64,000 nt of DNA from an uncultured bacterium (GTDB lineage Bacteria > Patescibacteriota > Minisyncoccia > Phycocordibacterales > PALSA-1337), in the NCBI GenBank assembly GCA_963701025.1, contig OY969557.1, positions 801,953 to 865,952 of the forward strand, given 5' to 3'. Below the pieces are notes generated by a model. The model did no database searches, was not told where the DNA came from, and worked only from the letters and a program-made list of their open reading frames with translations. This document shows, piece by piece, positions 1-9,986 of the stretch. Numbering within the stretch: position 1 is the first letter of the stretch; every line of letters begins with the position of its first letter. The position numbers were made by a program, and so were the translations under genes.

Positions 1-60
1 GCCGAGCCCCTGATTATATAAATGATATAATTAGGGTGATGGTATAGTCCACAAATCTTC

Positions 61-651
61 GTGATGAAAAAACACGTACAAAACATAATCATTGGTTCTC
101 TACTTGGTGATGGATGGCTTAATGCCCTATCCCCGACACAGAAATCTGTTTTCTGTATGAAGTGCCATGATAAGTCGATTGGGTATCTAGAATGGATGCG
201 AACCAAGATAGCCGAATTGGGGCCGTCTGAATTAAAGAGTATCTCGCGATATTCACAGCATTACTTCTATACTAGATCGAGTAAGGATTTAGGTGATCTG
301 CGAAAACTTTTCTATCCAAATGAGGGAAAGAAAAGAGTGCCGTCAAATATCAAGAATTTGCTTACTGACCCAGTGTCACTGGCAGTTTGGTATCAAGATG
401 ATGGGACTTTAGATTTTCGTTCAAAGTATCACAGAAATTCGTTGTTTGCGACGCATTGTTTTTCATTTGAAGACTGCTTTGTCTTAAAAGATACATTACA
501 GGAGAACTTTGGTATAAAAGTCTCTGTCTGTAAGTGTCAAATGCGTGGGAAAATGTATTATCGACTTTATGTATTTTCAGAAAGCATGGAACGCTTCGTG
601 AAAATAATCAGTCCTTTTATACATGAAAACCATGCATATAAAATAAGATAA
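61..651 (+). CDS. LAGLIDADG homing endonuclease encoded in 16S intron 1
   Basis: LLGDGWL and WYQDDGTL motifs are typical of a double-motif LAGLIDADG enzyme. The ORF lies entirely inside non-rRNA sequence that interrupts the 16S gene just upstream of the 515 region. Confidence 0.8.
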   Translation: MMKKHVQNIIIGSLLGDGWLNALSPTQKSVFCMKCHDKSIGYLEWMRTKIAELGPSELKSISRYSQHYFYTRSSKDLGDLRKLFYPNEGKKRVPSNIKNLLTDPVSLAVWYQDDGTLDFRSKYHRNSLFATHCFSFEDCFVLKDTLQENFGIKVSVCKCQMRGKMYYRLYVFSESMERFVKIISPFIHENHAYKIR

Positions 652-1299
652 TGTCAAGGCCAGCAGCAGCGGTAATACGAGTGCCTCGAGCGTTATCCGG
701 AATTATTGGGCGTAAAGGGTGCGTAGGCGGTTCCGTTAGTCTCGCGTTAAATTTCCCGGCTCAACCGGGAACCTGCGCGGGAAACGGCGGAACTAAGAGG
801 TTGGAAGGGGTTTGCGGAACTCATGGTGTAGCGGTGAAATGCGTTGATATCATGGGGAACACCAAAAGCGAAGGCAGCAAACTGGTCCAAATCTGACGCT
901 GAAGCACGAAAGCGTGGGTCGCGAATGGGATTAGATACCCCAGTAGTCCACGCCCTAAACGATGATCTCTCGCTTTGAGGAGTATCGACCCTCCTCGAGG
1001 CTTAGCTAACGCGTTAAGAGATCCGCCTGGGTAGTACGATCGCAAGATTGAAACTCAAAGAAATAGACGGGGACTTGCACAAGCGGTGGAACATGTGGTT
1101 CAATTCGACGATAAACGAAGAACCTTACCAAGGCTAGACATCCAGACGAAGATCCTGGGAAACCAGGGTCGCCGAAAGGCGGCTGGACAGGTGCTGCATG
1201 GCTGTCGTCAGTTCGTGGCTTGAGCTGTTCCCTTCAGTGGGGTAACGAACGCAACCCCTGTTGTCTGTTACAAGTATCAGACGAGACCGCCCAGCTTAG

Positions 1300-1392
1300 A
1301 GCGTGGAAGGTAGAGGGTAGAGGGTAGAGGGTAGAAATCGCATGTGCGATCGACTACTCTCCACTTTCTACTCTCCACTTTCTCCCTTCTAA
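1300..1392 (+). repeat. G-rich / CT-rich insertion in the 16S gene with (GGTAGAGG)x3 and a central ATCGCA-TG-TGCGAT hairpin
   Basis: Lies between the conserved cccagcttagag and cttctaagctggg helix arms. It shares the GGGTAGAG motif with 57112, 59236 and 59618. Confidence 0.7.
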
Positions 1393-1934
1393 GCTGGGAG
1401 GAAGGTGGGGATGACGCCAAGTCAGCATGGCCCTTTGACGCCTTGGGCTACACACGTGTTACAATCGGCGGGACAACGCGACGCAATGCCGTAAGGCGGA
1501 GCAAACCGTAATAAACCCGCCGCCAGTTCGGATTGAGGTCTGCAACTCGACCTCATGAAGCCGGAATCGCTAGTAATCGCAGGTCAGCTATACTGCGGTG
1601 AATACGTTCTCAAGTCTTGTACTCGGGTCGCCATGCGATCGAGTACGCTAGTTGGTGCAAATCCAACCCGGGCGATCAACAGCGTCCTGAAGCGAAATCA
1701 CAGTCTACTGTCCGTGAGGACTATAGATGAAGGGAGAAAGTAGCATTTCTTAGCTTGAATGCCAGTTATGGCACATATCATAGGTCATCCTGCGAGTACA
1801 TGGAGAAGCCTACTGTCGAAAAAAATGTGATATGTGTATCGTGGTATCGAGATGAGAAAAAAACAGTGTATTCGGTTACCGTGGGAGATCTTGCATAGGC
1901 TCTCGAATTATTTGAGAGTATAATATGAGTAATC

Positions 1935-2525
1935 ATGTTAAATAATATGCAAGAAGTCAGCAGAGTTCGTAGTACCATTAAGGTAGATGGTCGGTTAAAC
2001 CCGAAACTTTTTCTGCCTTTTGGGAAGGAACAAATTCAAAGGGAGAAACTAAACCCTCATTATGTTGGCGGTTTCATTGACGGAGAAGGTTCCTTCTCTG
2101 TCAGTATAGGCAAGCATAAGACTCTTCGACGAGGATATGAAGTTAGGCCGGAGTTTGAAATAGAACTTCGGAAAGACGATCAAGAAATTCTTGAACGTCT
2201 GCTCATAACTATCGGCACCGGAAGAATCTATGATTGCTCGTATGACCGTTACGGATGGTATCCTCATGTGAAGTATAAAATCACTAGTATTTGGGACATG
2301 AAAGAGTGTCTCTTTCCGTTTCTAGATGCATATCCGCTTCAGGCCAAGAAAGCCAAGTCGTATGTGCTATTCAAAGAAATAGTCTCTATGGTCTGTGATA
2401 AGAAGCATTTGAGTGATGCCGGTTTTGAGAGAATAGTGGAACTTCGCGACGAGCTCCGTGCTCTAGGGAAGAAAGCTAAAACTTATCGTGGCATGATAAG
2501 TGAATTCGATAAAAAAATCGAATGA
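1935..2525 (+). CDS. LAGLIDADG homing endonuclease encoded in 16S intron 2
   Basis: GGFIDGEGSF motif. The ORF sits between the exon ends cttgtac (1622) and accgcccgtca (2611). Confidence 0.8.
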   Translation: MLNNMQEVSRVRSTIKVDGRLNPKLFLPFGKEQIQREKLNPHYVGGFIDGEGSFSVSIGKHKTLRRGYEVRPEFEIELRKDDQEILERLLITIGTGRIYDCSYDRYGWYPHVKYKITSIWDMKECLFPFLDAYPLQAKKAKSYVLFKEIVSMVCDKKHLSDAGFERIVELRDELRALGKKAKTYRGMISEFDKKIE

Positions 2526-2932
2526 GCAACCTTTGGAAAACGCGAGGGTGCGGGAAAACCGCTTGCCCCGTGTTGAAGAGAATTATAATGGCAACATTAT
2601 AACACATCAAATACCGCCCGTCAACCCAAGGGAGTCGGAGGTGCCCGAAATCTCGCTTTATGCGGGCCTACGGCAAATTCGATGACAGGGGGTAAGTCGT
2701 AACAAGGCACGGGTAGCGGAAGCTGCTCGTGGAATATTTCAAGTGAAACAACGCTTTTGATCCTTCGGGGTCACTAGCTGAAATGTCGATATGCTCTCCT
2801 AGAGAGCATGAGTTATCGTCGCACAACTCAAAATGGCGACGCTTAGTCTCCGAAGATAGGGGACACACATGGGCACATCATCGATGAGTGCTCATGGGCG
2901 AACGGAACAAAATAAAGAGCGCTATACGAAAG

Positions 2933-2957
2933 AGCCGCCGCGAAGGCGGTTTTTTCG
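2933..2957 (+). terminator. Rho-independent terminator downstream of the 16S gene
   Basis: GC hairpin ccgccgcgaaggcgg followed by tttttt. Confidence 0.55.
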
Positions 2958-3039
2958 CGTAGGAAACGGCTTTAATAGGCCGTTATTTTGTTATACCTTT
3001 GCGTGCTTGTACAATGCGTGATGGTAAATTCTAACCTGA

Positions 3040-4115
3040 AACGCAACACCCCCGTGGTACTGTAGCGGTATACCATTACCAGCTAAATTACACACGAGGA
3101 TGTCGCACAAACAATTTAACAGAGATACTAGAGTAGAGCTAGCGATACTTTTAAGTGCAAGAAAGAGCCAGACTGAATGCGCCAGGATACTTGGCATGCA
3201 GAGAAGCAATGTCTGTCTTGAAATCAGTCGAAACAAAGATCCTGATGGTATATATCGAGGTGGTCATGCGCACAAAAGATATCTGGCAAGAAGAAGACGT
3301 GTAAAAATACTAGAGAGAAAGATCGAAAACGACAGGAAACTACGGCGTCACATCGTCCGCAAATTGAAGCGATTATGGTCACCCGAACAAATTGCAGGAA
3401 GACTGAAAATGATGACCGGAAGAACGATTGTATGTCACGAAACGATCTACACTTTTGTGTACGAGAAAAGACCGGACCTTGTAAAGTATCTGCGGCATCA
3501 GAAGTGCAAGTACCGGAAGAAAAGAGGTTCAAAAGCCCGTATGGAGCTTGCTAGAGCCATGAAAGTGAGAAGGATCGAGGAAAGACCAAAGGAAGTGGAC
3601 GAACGCTCACGCCTCGGAGATTGGGAAGATGATACTGTCATCGGCAAGGAAAGAGTTCAAAGGATCTGGAGCTGTGTTGAAAGAAAGAGCGGATACGCCA
3701 TGGCCGAGAAACTTGAGGTGGTGAGCGCAGAGATCATCAACAAAAAAGCAGTGTCTCGATTCGTAGCGTTGCCAAAATATTTACGAAGGACTCTAACCAG
3801 AGACAACGGAACTGAGGTCAGCGGATATGACAGTTTACTTGAAGAGAAAACCGGACTCGATGTATATCATGCGACCGCGTACCATTCGTGGGAGCGAGGG
3901 ACAAATGAAAACTGGAATGGATTGCTCAGGCAATTCTTTCCTAAAGGCACTTACTTTGCTACCATTACCCCATACCAAGTTCAACGTGCAGTACGAATGT
4001 TGAATGACCGGCCGAGAAAGCGGCTGGGCTACAGAACACCAAGGGAGGTATTCAGAGGGTGTATTGATTCAGATTAGAACTTGAGGATGTGGTATTGACA
4101 CAGGGACTACGGTGT
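3040..4115 (+). mobile_element. IS30-family insertion sequence; ends approximate
   Basis: A single transposase ORF of IS30 type. Weak imperfect inverted similarity between about 3045-3075 and 4084-4112. Confidence 0.5.
3100..4077 (+). CDS. IS30-family DDE transposase
   Basis: N-terminal HTH followed by an rve-like DDE core, with GDWEDDTV (IS30 G-WE-D motif) and the conserved C-terminal region. Confidence 0.8.
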   Translation: MSHKQFNRDTRVELAILLSARKSQTECARILGMQRSNVCLEISRNKDPDGIYRGGHAHKRYLARRRRVKILERKIENDRKLRRHIVRKLKRLWSPEQIAGRLKMMTGRTIVCHETIYTFVYEKRPDLVKYLRHQKCKYRKKRGSKARMELARAMKVRRIEERPKEVDERSRLGDWEDDTVIGKERVQRIWSCVERKSGYAMAEKLEVVSAEIINKKAVSRFVALPKYLRRTLTRDNGTEVSGYDSLLEEKTGLDVYHATAYHSWERGTNENWNGLLRQFFPKGTYFATITPYQVQRAVRMLNDRPRKRLGYRTPREVFRGCIDSD

Positions 4116-4542
4116 GCTATGATGTAGTCTGATTCAAATAAGTGCAGTGTAGTATCGTTCCGGCAAAAAACAGCGGAACGCAACAATCAAAAATCGTAAA
4201 CAACAAATGAACGCGAAATCACGACTGAAATATTCACGTGGGGACAGAGGTCCTTCACTGAAAGGCTTCGTCAGCTGGCTGGTCGGTCCGCCGTGCAGAA
4301 TGCCTCGGGAACGGTACAATCCCTCCTGGAAGACCGAGGTGCCCGGATGCCTTCTCTTTGCCCTTATGATTTACGGGCTACTGAAGTTGTTCTGAGCCAC
4401 CTGACCCTATTGTCTACGGGCGCCGGAGTATGTATCTCTCCGGCGCTTTCCCATTTCCGCTTCCGCTGATTTTTGCCTCTTTTTCATAATTGCTCTATAG
4501 TAGGGAAGTTCGCTTCAATTGCGGTCTGTACAATGTAAATTT

Positions 4543-4624
4543 GGGCATGTGGCGGAATTGGTATACGCGTACGCTTCAGGAGCGTATGGAGCAATCCTTG
4601 GGAGTTCGAGTCTCCCCATGCCCA
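4543..4624 (+). tRNA. tRNA-Leu(CAG)
   Basis: Hand-folded cloverleaf. Acceptor stem GGGCATG/CATGCCC, anticodon stem TACGC/GCGTA with loop TTCAGGA (anticodon CAG), a long variable arm and T-loop GGGAG-TTCGAGT-CTCCC. Confidence 0.75.
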
Positions 4625-4652
4625 CCGTGGGTTCAAGACGCTTTTAAATCAA

Positions 4653-4979
4653 ATGGATCTGACCAACAAAAAGTGCGTGCCGTGCGAAGTGGGCGGTTTG
4701 CCGCTCACCGGTAAACAGATTGTTTCTTACATGAAAGACATACCGAAATGGAAAGCCTCGCCCGACGATACCAAGATCTCGCGATCATTCAAGTTCGACG
4801 ATTTCAAAGAGTCGCTCGCATTCGTGAACAAGGTCGGTGGATTGGCGGAGAAAGAAGGACATCATCCGGACATGCACATCCATTACAACGAAGTGCTGGT
4901 CGAGCTATCGACGCATTCCGTCGGAGGTCTGTCGGAGAACGACTTTATCCTGGCGGCCAAGATAGATCTGATCGCGTAA
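4653..4979 (+). CDS. Pterin-4-alpha-carbinolamine dehydratase (PCD/DCoH)
   Basis: ~108 aa with the EGHHPD signature and overall PCD architecture. Confidence 0.75.
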   Translation: MDLTNKKCVPCEVGGLPLTGKQIVSYMKDIPKWKASPDDTKISRSFKFDDFKESLAFVNKVGGLAEKEGHHPDMHIHYNEVLVELSTHSVGGLSENDFILAAKIDLIA

Positions 4980-5031
4980 GCCATCAGCGCGACTGGCGTT
5001 CCCGGCCTTTTTTTGCTAGATTTCCTTCATT

Positions 5032-5104
5032 GCGCGCATAGCTCAGTTGGTAGAGCACACCACTGATACTGGTGGGGTCCTAGGTTCGAATCCTAGTGCG
5101 CGCA
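5032..5104 (+). tRNA. tRNA-Ile(GAT)
   Basis: Hand-folded cloverleaf. Acceptor stem GCGCGCA/TGCGCGC, anticodon stem CACCA/TGGTG with loop CTGATAC (anticodon GAT) and T-loop CTAGG-TTCGAAT-CCTAG. Confidence 0.85.
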
Positions 5105-5280
5105 CAATAGTTCGATATTGGCATTTTTAGGCACATTGGCGAGCTTCTGATATGGACTTTTGAATTGGTATTGAGCCACAGTTTTGTTTTTGATCGAAAC
5201 GTTCGAAAGTAGCTTTTCCGGCACTCGTTATAGACTATTGTCGCTATTGCAAATTTTGCTTAACATGAGATTATCATATT

Positions 5281-6108
5281 ATGAATATCGGAAAAAGAAT
5301 TGTAGTAAAGGACAGTAAAGTCAGTTTCATTTCTCGAAATGGAGATGATTATATTTCCTTGACTGATATTGCCCGTTATAAGAATTCTGAGGAACCCAAA
5401 GATATAGTAAAAAATTGGATGAGGAATAGAAGCACTATTGAATTCTTAGGCATATGGGAAAAAATCAATAATCCGAATTTCAAAGGGGTCGAATTCGACT
5501 CCTTTAGAAATGAAGCAGGAAGTAATGCTTTCGTATTATCACCACAGAAGTGGATCCAGACAACACAAGCTGTCGGTATGATTTCTAAATCAGGTCGTTA
5601 TGGTGGTGGTACATATGCTCATAAGGATATAGCATTCGAATTTGCGGCGTGGATAAGTTCAGAGTTTAGGTTTTATCTAATCAAAGAATTCCAACGGTTA
5701 AAAGTGGAAGAAAGCCAGAGAATAGCTATTAGTTGGGATGTTAAAAGAATATTATCAAAAATCAATTATAGGATACACACTGATGCAATAAAGGAAAAGC
5801 TTATTCCACCAGTAATCAGTAAGTCTAGAGAAGTGATCATTTATGCAAACGAAGCGGATGTTTTAAACATGGCATTATTTGGCATGACTGCAAAGAATTG
5901 GAGAGATGTAAATTCAAATAAAGAAGGTAATATTAGAGATTATTCTTCGGTTGAACAATTGGTTGTTTTGGCAAATCTGGAAAGTTTGAATGCCGAATTT
6001 ATTTTGCAAGGCATATCTCAAGGAGAACGTCTAAAAAAACTCAACGAAATTGCCATACGTCAAATGCGTTCACTTTTGGGTACCGATTCAATAAAAAAGT
6101 TAGTTTGA
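5281..6108 (+). CDS. KilA-N domain protein, phage-associated DNA-binding type
   Basis: N-terminal KilA-N-like region (SLTDIARY...). Markedly lower GC than the flanks. Confidence 0.55.
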   Translation: MNIGKRIVVKDSKVSFISRNGDDYISLTDIARYKNSEEPKDIVKNWMRNRSTIEFLGIWEKINNPNFKGVEFDSFRNEAGSNAFVLSPQKWIQTTQAVGMISKSGRYGGGTYAHKDIAFEFAAWISSEFRFYLIKEFQRLKVEESQRIAISWDVKRILSKINYRIHTDAIKEKLIPPVISKSREVIIYANEADVLNMALFGMTAKNWRDVNSNKEGNIRDYSSVEQLVVLANLESLNAEFILQGISQGERLKKLNEIAIRQMRSLLGTDSIKKLV

Positions 6109-6218
6109 TTTTGATATGCGCTAGACGCAAACAACATCCGTGGTGACGGGCGGAGGTCAACGCGCCCTTATCTGCCAAGCGTCTCGCGCACCACCTACCC
6201 TCCAAAGGCGGTAGCGGC

Positions 6219-6767
6219 ATGGGTATTTTCGGACAGATGTGTTCTGATCCTACTACATACTATTGTTCAGCCCTGCCTCTTTCTGATTCTCAGATGATGA
6301 ATAGCTATGGTCAGCAGATGACAAAGATTTCTGCACAGAGTATCTCAAGCACTTCGGTTGCTTGTGACGGATCATCGGTGGTGAAAAATACTTCTCTGCA
6401 GCAGTCGCAAGCCGCGGTCGCCTCTTCATCGAAGACTACTCAGAAAGTTGTTCATCTTACAGATCTGGAAAGAAAAAATATCTTAACGAATATTGTATTG
6501 AATCTGTCAAAAGATTATAGGTCTGCGCATAATCACTACGCCGGCTTTTGTGAAAGTAGCTCATTTAAGACACCTCAGGTTGAACAAGAAACACCACTTA
6601 CGTTTCTTTGCAATGATGCTTCATACCCGGACGAGTTTGGTGCATTAGTTCAAATGTCCGGAGATGGAACTACTGATGCAAAAAAATGGGCGCTGTTTTG
6701 TGGGGACAGCTCGGGATTTTTGGGGACCGCACACATGTTAAATGGCACTAGATGCCAAGTAAACTAG
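6219..6767 (+). CDS. Hypothetical Cys-rich protein
   Basis: ORF only; Ser/Cys-rich, no recognisable domain. Confidence 0.3.
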   Translation: MGIFGQMCSDPTTYYCSALPLSDSQMMNSYGQQMTKISAQSISSTSVACDGSSVVKNTSLQQSQAAVASSSKTTQKVVHLTDLERKNILTNIVLNLSKDYRSAHNHYAGFCESSSFKTPQVEQETPLTFLCNDASYPDEFGALVQMSGDGTTDAKKWALFCGDSSGFLGTAHMLNGTRCQVN

Positions 6768-6843
6768 GAGTAATGTCGTACTATTATTTACTAATAGCCG
6801 TTCTAATATCGTCCCACAGCGCGCACCGTGATATAATAGGCTC

Positions 6844-7836
6844 ATGAACGCCAGAACAGCCCCAAAGGATTTTTTCGTCCAATTGGGAGCGACGATCGCT
6901 CTATACGTTGCCGCAGGCGCTCTCATCAACCTGCTATTCAGCATTGTGAATGCCGTCAACCCCGACGCGTTGGCAGGCTACTTTAGCCCCAGTTCCATCG
7001 TCTGGCCAGTCTCTATGCTTATAGTCCTCACGCCCATCCTTTATGGGCTAGAATGGCTGGTCAATCGCGATGCCGCACAGATGCCGGAAAAGAAGGACAT
7101 ATGGATACGTCGGTGGCGCATATATCTGACTATCTTTCTCTCGGTAGTCCTCGTCGGCGGGGACCTCATCGCCCTCATCAACGTCTATCTGAACGGCGAG
7201 GTCACGGGACGATTTATATGGAAGGTATTGGCCATCCTGGTCGTGGCCGGCGTTATCGGCAAATATTATTTCTTCAGCATTTCAGAAAAATGGAAATGGG
7301 CCCGAATGATCCGTCGCGGCAATGCCTGGTTCGGCATCATATTGGTCGTTGCGGCCATCGTCGGCGGTTTCCTCATAGTAGGTTCGCCGGCAAAACAAAG
7401 GGCCATCCGCTTCGACGAACAGCGCATAAGCGATCTCATGTCTATACAGTATCAGATCATCAACTATTGGCAGTCAAAGGCGACGTTGCCGGCGAAGCTC
7501 GCCGATCTGAATGATCCCATTTCGAATTTCACTGTGCCTGTCGATCCGGAAACAGGATCAGCCTATCAGTATAGCGTGAAGGGGATTACGGACGTGAAAA
7601 ACCAGCCTGGCAGTCCGAGCGGACTGGTGTTCGAACTATGCGCGACTTTCGACTTGGATTCATCAGCTTTGCCCCAGAATTATGCCGGATCTCCCGTTTA
7701 TAATTCGCCCATGATACCGGCTGGCACCGGGACATCGGTCGCCACTGATTGGTCGCATGCCGCCGGCCGCGCTTGCTTCGACCGGACCATCGACTCGCAA
7801 AGATACCCTCCTTATCCCAAACCGCTCTCGCCCTAG
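6844..7836 (+). CDS. Hypothetical polytopic membrane protein, DUF5671-like
   Basis: Several hydrophobic helices in the N-terminal half and a soluble C-terminal domain. Confidence 0.5.
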   Translation: MNARTAPKDFFVQLGATIALYVAAGALINLLFSIVNAVNPDALAGYFSPSSIVWPVSMLIVLTPILYGLEWLVNRDAAQMPEKKDIWIRRWRIYLTIFLSVVLVGGDLIALINVYLNGEVTGRFIWKVLAILVVAGVIGKYYFFSISEKWKWARMIRRGNAWFGIILVVAAIVGGFLIVGSPAKQRAIRFDEQRISDLMSIQYQIINYWQSKATLPAKLADLNDPISNFTVPVDPETGSAYQYSVKGITDVKNQPGSPSGLVFELCATFDLDSSALPQNYAGSPVYNSPMIPAGTGTSVATDWSHAAGRACFDRTIDSQRYPPYPKPLSP

Positions 7837-7846
7837 TGGAGGCGCC

Positions 7847-8614
7847 ATGGAGCTTCATGCTATAATCTCCTCCATGCAGAAAAGCCATTACGTCATCAGC
7901 GACATGCCGTTCCTTCTCGACCGGTCTCCTTTCGATTGTGAGTATCCGCTCATGATCCGGGATCTGCCTCCGGACGAGAAGCCGCGCGAAAAGCTCCTGG
8001 CCCAGGGTCCGGACGCCCTCAATGTGCGCGAATTGACCGCTCTTCTGCTCGTCACCGGCACGACCAAGGAAGACGTGCTGGCGATGTCCAACCGCCTCGT
8101 GCGGGATTACGGAGAGAAGAGCATATTCGCCGAACGCAACGCGAACAAGCTGTCCAAAGACCTCGGCATCCCGATAGTCAAGGCATGCCAGATCATCGCC
8201 GCCGGAGAGCTCGGTCGGCGCTTCTACGGCAAGAGCCAGAGCGGCTTTACCACGCTCCGGAACGCGAGCGACGTCTACGAATATCTCTCCGACATGCGCG
8301 CCTTGCCCAAAGAGCAGATGCGCGGCCTCTATCTCAACAGCCATAGCCGCGTCATACGAGACGAGGTGATATCCATCGGCACGGTCAATTCCAATTTCGT
8401 CCATCCGCGGGAAGTCTTCCACCCAGCCATTGAGTCCTCTGCCTCCGCCGTCATTCTCGCCCACAATCATCCGTCTGGGGAGGTCACGCCGTCAGACGAG
8501 GACATCGAGATCACCAGACAGCTCATCCAGGCCGGCAAGATCCTCGGCATCCGTCTCCTCGACCACGTCATCATCACCAAAGACGCCTTCACCAGTGTGA
8601 AGGCCGACTATTAA
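7847..8614 (+). CDS. radC: RadC-family JAMM protein
   Basis: ILAHNHPSGEVTPSDED JAMM motif. ATG at 7847 has a GGAGG RBS; the longer ORF from 7757 overlaps the upstream gene. Confidence 0.8.
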   Translation: MELHAIISSMQKSHYVISDMPFLLDRSPFDCEYPLMIRDLPPDEKPREKLLAQGPDALNVRELTALLLVTGTTKEDVLAMSNRLVRDYGEKSIFAERNANKLSKDLGIPIVKACQIIAAGELGRRFYGKSQSGFTTLRNASDVYEYLSDMRALPKEQMRGLYLNSHSRVIRDEVISIGTVNSNFVHPREVFHPAIESSASAVILAHNHPSGEVTPSDEDIEITRQLIQAGKILGIRLLDHVIITKDAFTSVKADY

Positions 8615-8647
8615 CCGCCGCGCTCGCACGACGAGCGCGATACCATC

Positions 8648-8989
8648 ATGTTACGCGACTATTCCATAACGTCGCCGTCATTGGACGGCATCCTTCGGCA
8701 TGAGTCCATCGTCTATGAAGGCATAGATAGGCCGAGCGAGATCATCAGGGCCTTCGACAAGCCGTCGAGCCAGAAGATACGCGATCTCGACAATCCGGAG
8801 AACCGGAAGATATTACAAGACTATTGGAACGACCTCTATGGCCTGTTCATGAGAAAGTTATCCCAATTCATCACCGAACCACAGATAGACTCCAATACTG
8901 ACCTAAAATTGCTTGCCATGTTGCAGGAATTGATCAAGGTCAAGAAGCTCATGGCCCCGCCTGAAAACGGGGAAGAAGGGGAAGTATGA
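8648..8989 (+). CDS. Hypothetical protein
   Basis: ORF only. Confidence 0.3.
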   Translation: MLRDYSITSPSLDGILRHESIVYEGIDRPSEIIRAFDKPSSQKIRDLDNPENRKILQDYWNDLYGLFMRKLSQFITEPQIDSNTDLKLLAMLQELIKVKKLMAPPENGEEGEV

Positions 8990-9136
8990 TAAAGCAATTC
9001 ACGACGGGCAGAGAAACTAAAAGGAGAAATTCAATTCGAAAATCAGCCAGAGAATAAGGCCTAAAACGAACCCCCCGCATAAGCGGGGGAGAGAGTTAAC
9101 GGTGCAAGTATAGCGGATGGAGAGATGAAGTCAAGC

Positions 9137-9166
9137 TTGACAAATGGTGTTGGAGTGTGCTATACT
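9137..9166 (+). promoter_or_regulatory. Sigma70-like promoter (TTGACA-18-TATACT) upstream of the 9306 gene
   Basis: Consensus -35 and near-consensus -10 in an AT-rich intergenic region. Confidence 0.4.
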
Positions 9167-9305
9167 GAGTCTAGAGTTAAGTTGACAGCTGTAGAACCAA
9201 GCATGTGAAATTATTTGCATGTTTTGCTCTGCAGCTGATAAAAACCCTAGTTTTCTCACTCAAACTGGTGAGAAAGGTTGAATATTCAGATGCGGATTCT
9301 GTTCT

Positions 9306-9941
9306 ATGAAAGATATGACTACCCTCGGGGCGGTTAACGCCCTATTCGCCGATGCTGAAAACAATACGAGTCATCCCGGCCGTAGTCGGCTCGAAAGCGT
9401 ACCACCGCTCCTCGACCGGCTAACTCACATCCAGGTCAAAGTCGGTTTTTTCGAGGATGAACATCCGGACATGATCCCGAACGGCCTCCATGATCGCGCC
9501 AGGATTGATCCTGTCAAAGCCCAAGGCAAGAATTACCGGGACAATGGCAAGCAGATCATCGCCGTGAACCAAGTCTCTGTCTGGAATCTGTGCGTCGAAT
9601 TGCTGGCGCACGGACTAGCTCTGCAGGACGCCTTCTCCTACGTCAAGAGCGAGCGAGACCTGAGAAACCGCGACCGCCAGCGGATAAAGCGGACGGTAGT
9701 GTTCGACTTCGGCAAATCGGCCGATGCTCCTTCCAAGCTCATGCAGGACCCGATCATCCAGAGGCTTCTGAAGGCCACCTGGCGGGATTGCTTCGTTTGG
9801 GACAATACCCTGGTCTCGACAATGGTCCAGGAGAATCCGGATCGTTCGGTCACCATTAACTGCCGCAACCCCCAGTCAAGTCCTGCTGTAAAGGAATTGG
9901 CCATCGAGGATCGCGAATTGATTCATCGGAACGTGCGATAA
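9306..9941 (+). CDS. Hypothetical protein
   Basis: ORF only. Confidence 0.35.
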   Translation: MKDMTTLGAVNALFADAENNTSHPGRSRLESVPPLLDRLTHIQVKVGFFEDEHPDMIPNGLHDRARIDPVKAQGKNYRDNGKQIIAVNQVSVWNLCVELLAHGLALQDAFSYVKSERDLRNRDRQRIKRTVVFDFGKSADAPSKLMQDPIIQRLLKATWRDCFVWDNTLVSTMVQENPDRSVTINCRNPQSSPAVKELAIEDRELIHRNVR

Positions 9942-9986
9942 GGCATCACGCGTACACGGCACCGGGAGATTTTCTCTCGGTGCTTT

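Larger units (their letters stand above)
1..2770 (+). rRNA. rrs: 16S rRNA gene, 5'-truncated by the window edge, interrupted by two large introns (about <1-660 and 1623-2610); 3' boundary approximate
   Basis: Exon blocks match universal 16S segments: gccagcagcggtaatac (around 515), ggattagataccccagtagtccacgcc (around 785), gcacaagcggtggaacatgtggtt (around 930), gaatacgttctcaagtcttgtac...accgcccgtca (around 1390) and gtcgtaacaagg (around 1495). An extra ~90-nt G-rich insertion lies at 1300-1392. Confidence 0.85.

Noticed and set aside
651-1045. ORFs 651..896 (+) and 821..1045 (-)
   Set aside because: They lie inside 16S exon sequence and are spurious.
4207-4395. Small ORFs downstream of the IS30 transposase
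   Set aside because: Short, no homology signal; likely IS end or spacer sequence.
4490-4714. 74-aa ORF
   Set aside because: It overlaps tRNA-Leu(CAG) and has no RBS or coding signal.
9072-9089. Hairpin CCCCCGC-ataa-GCGGGGG as a terminator
   Set aside because: No U-run on the plus strand. An A-run upstream suggests minus-strand function, but no minus-strand gene ends there.
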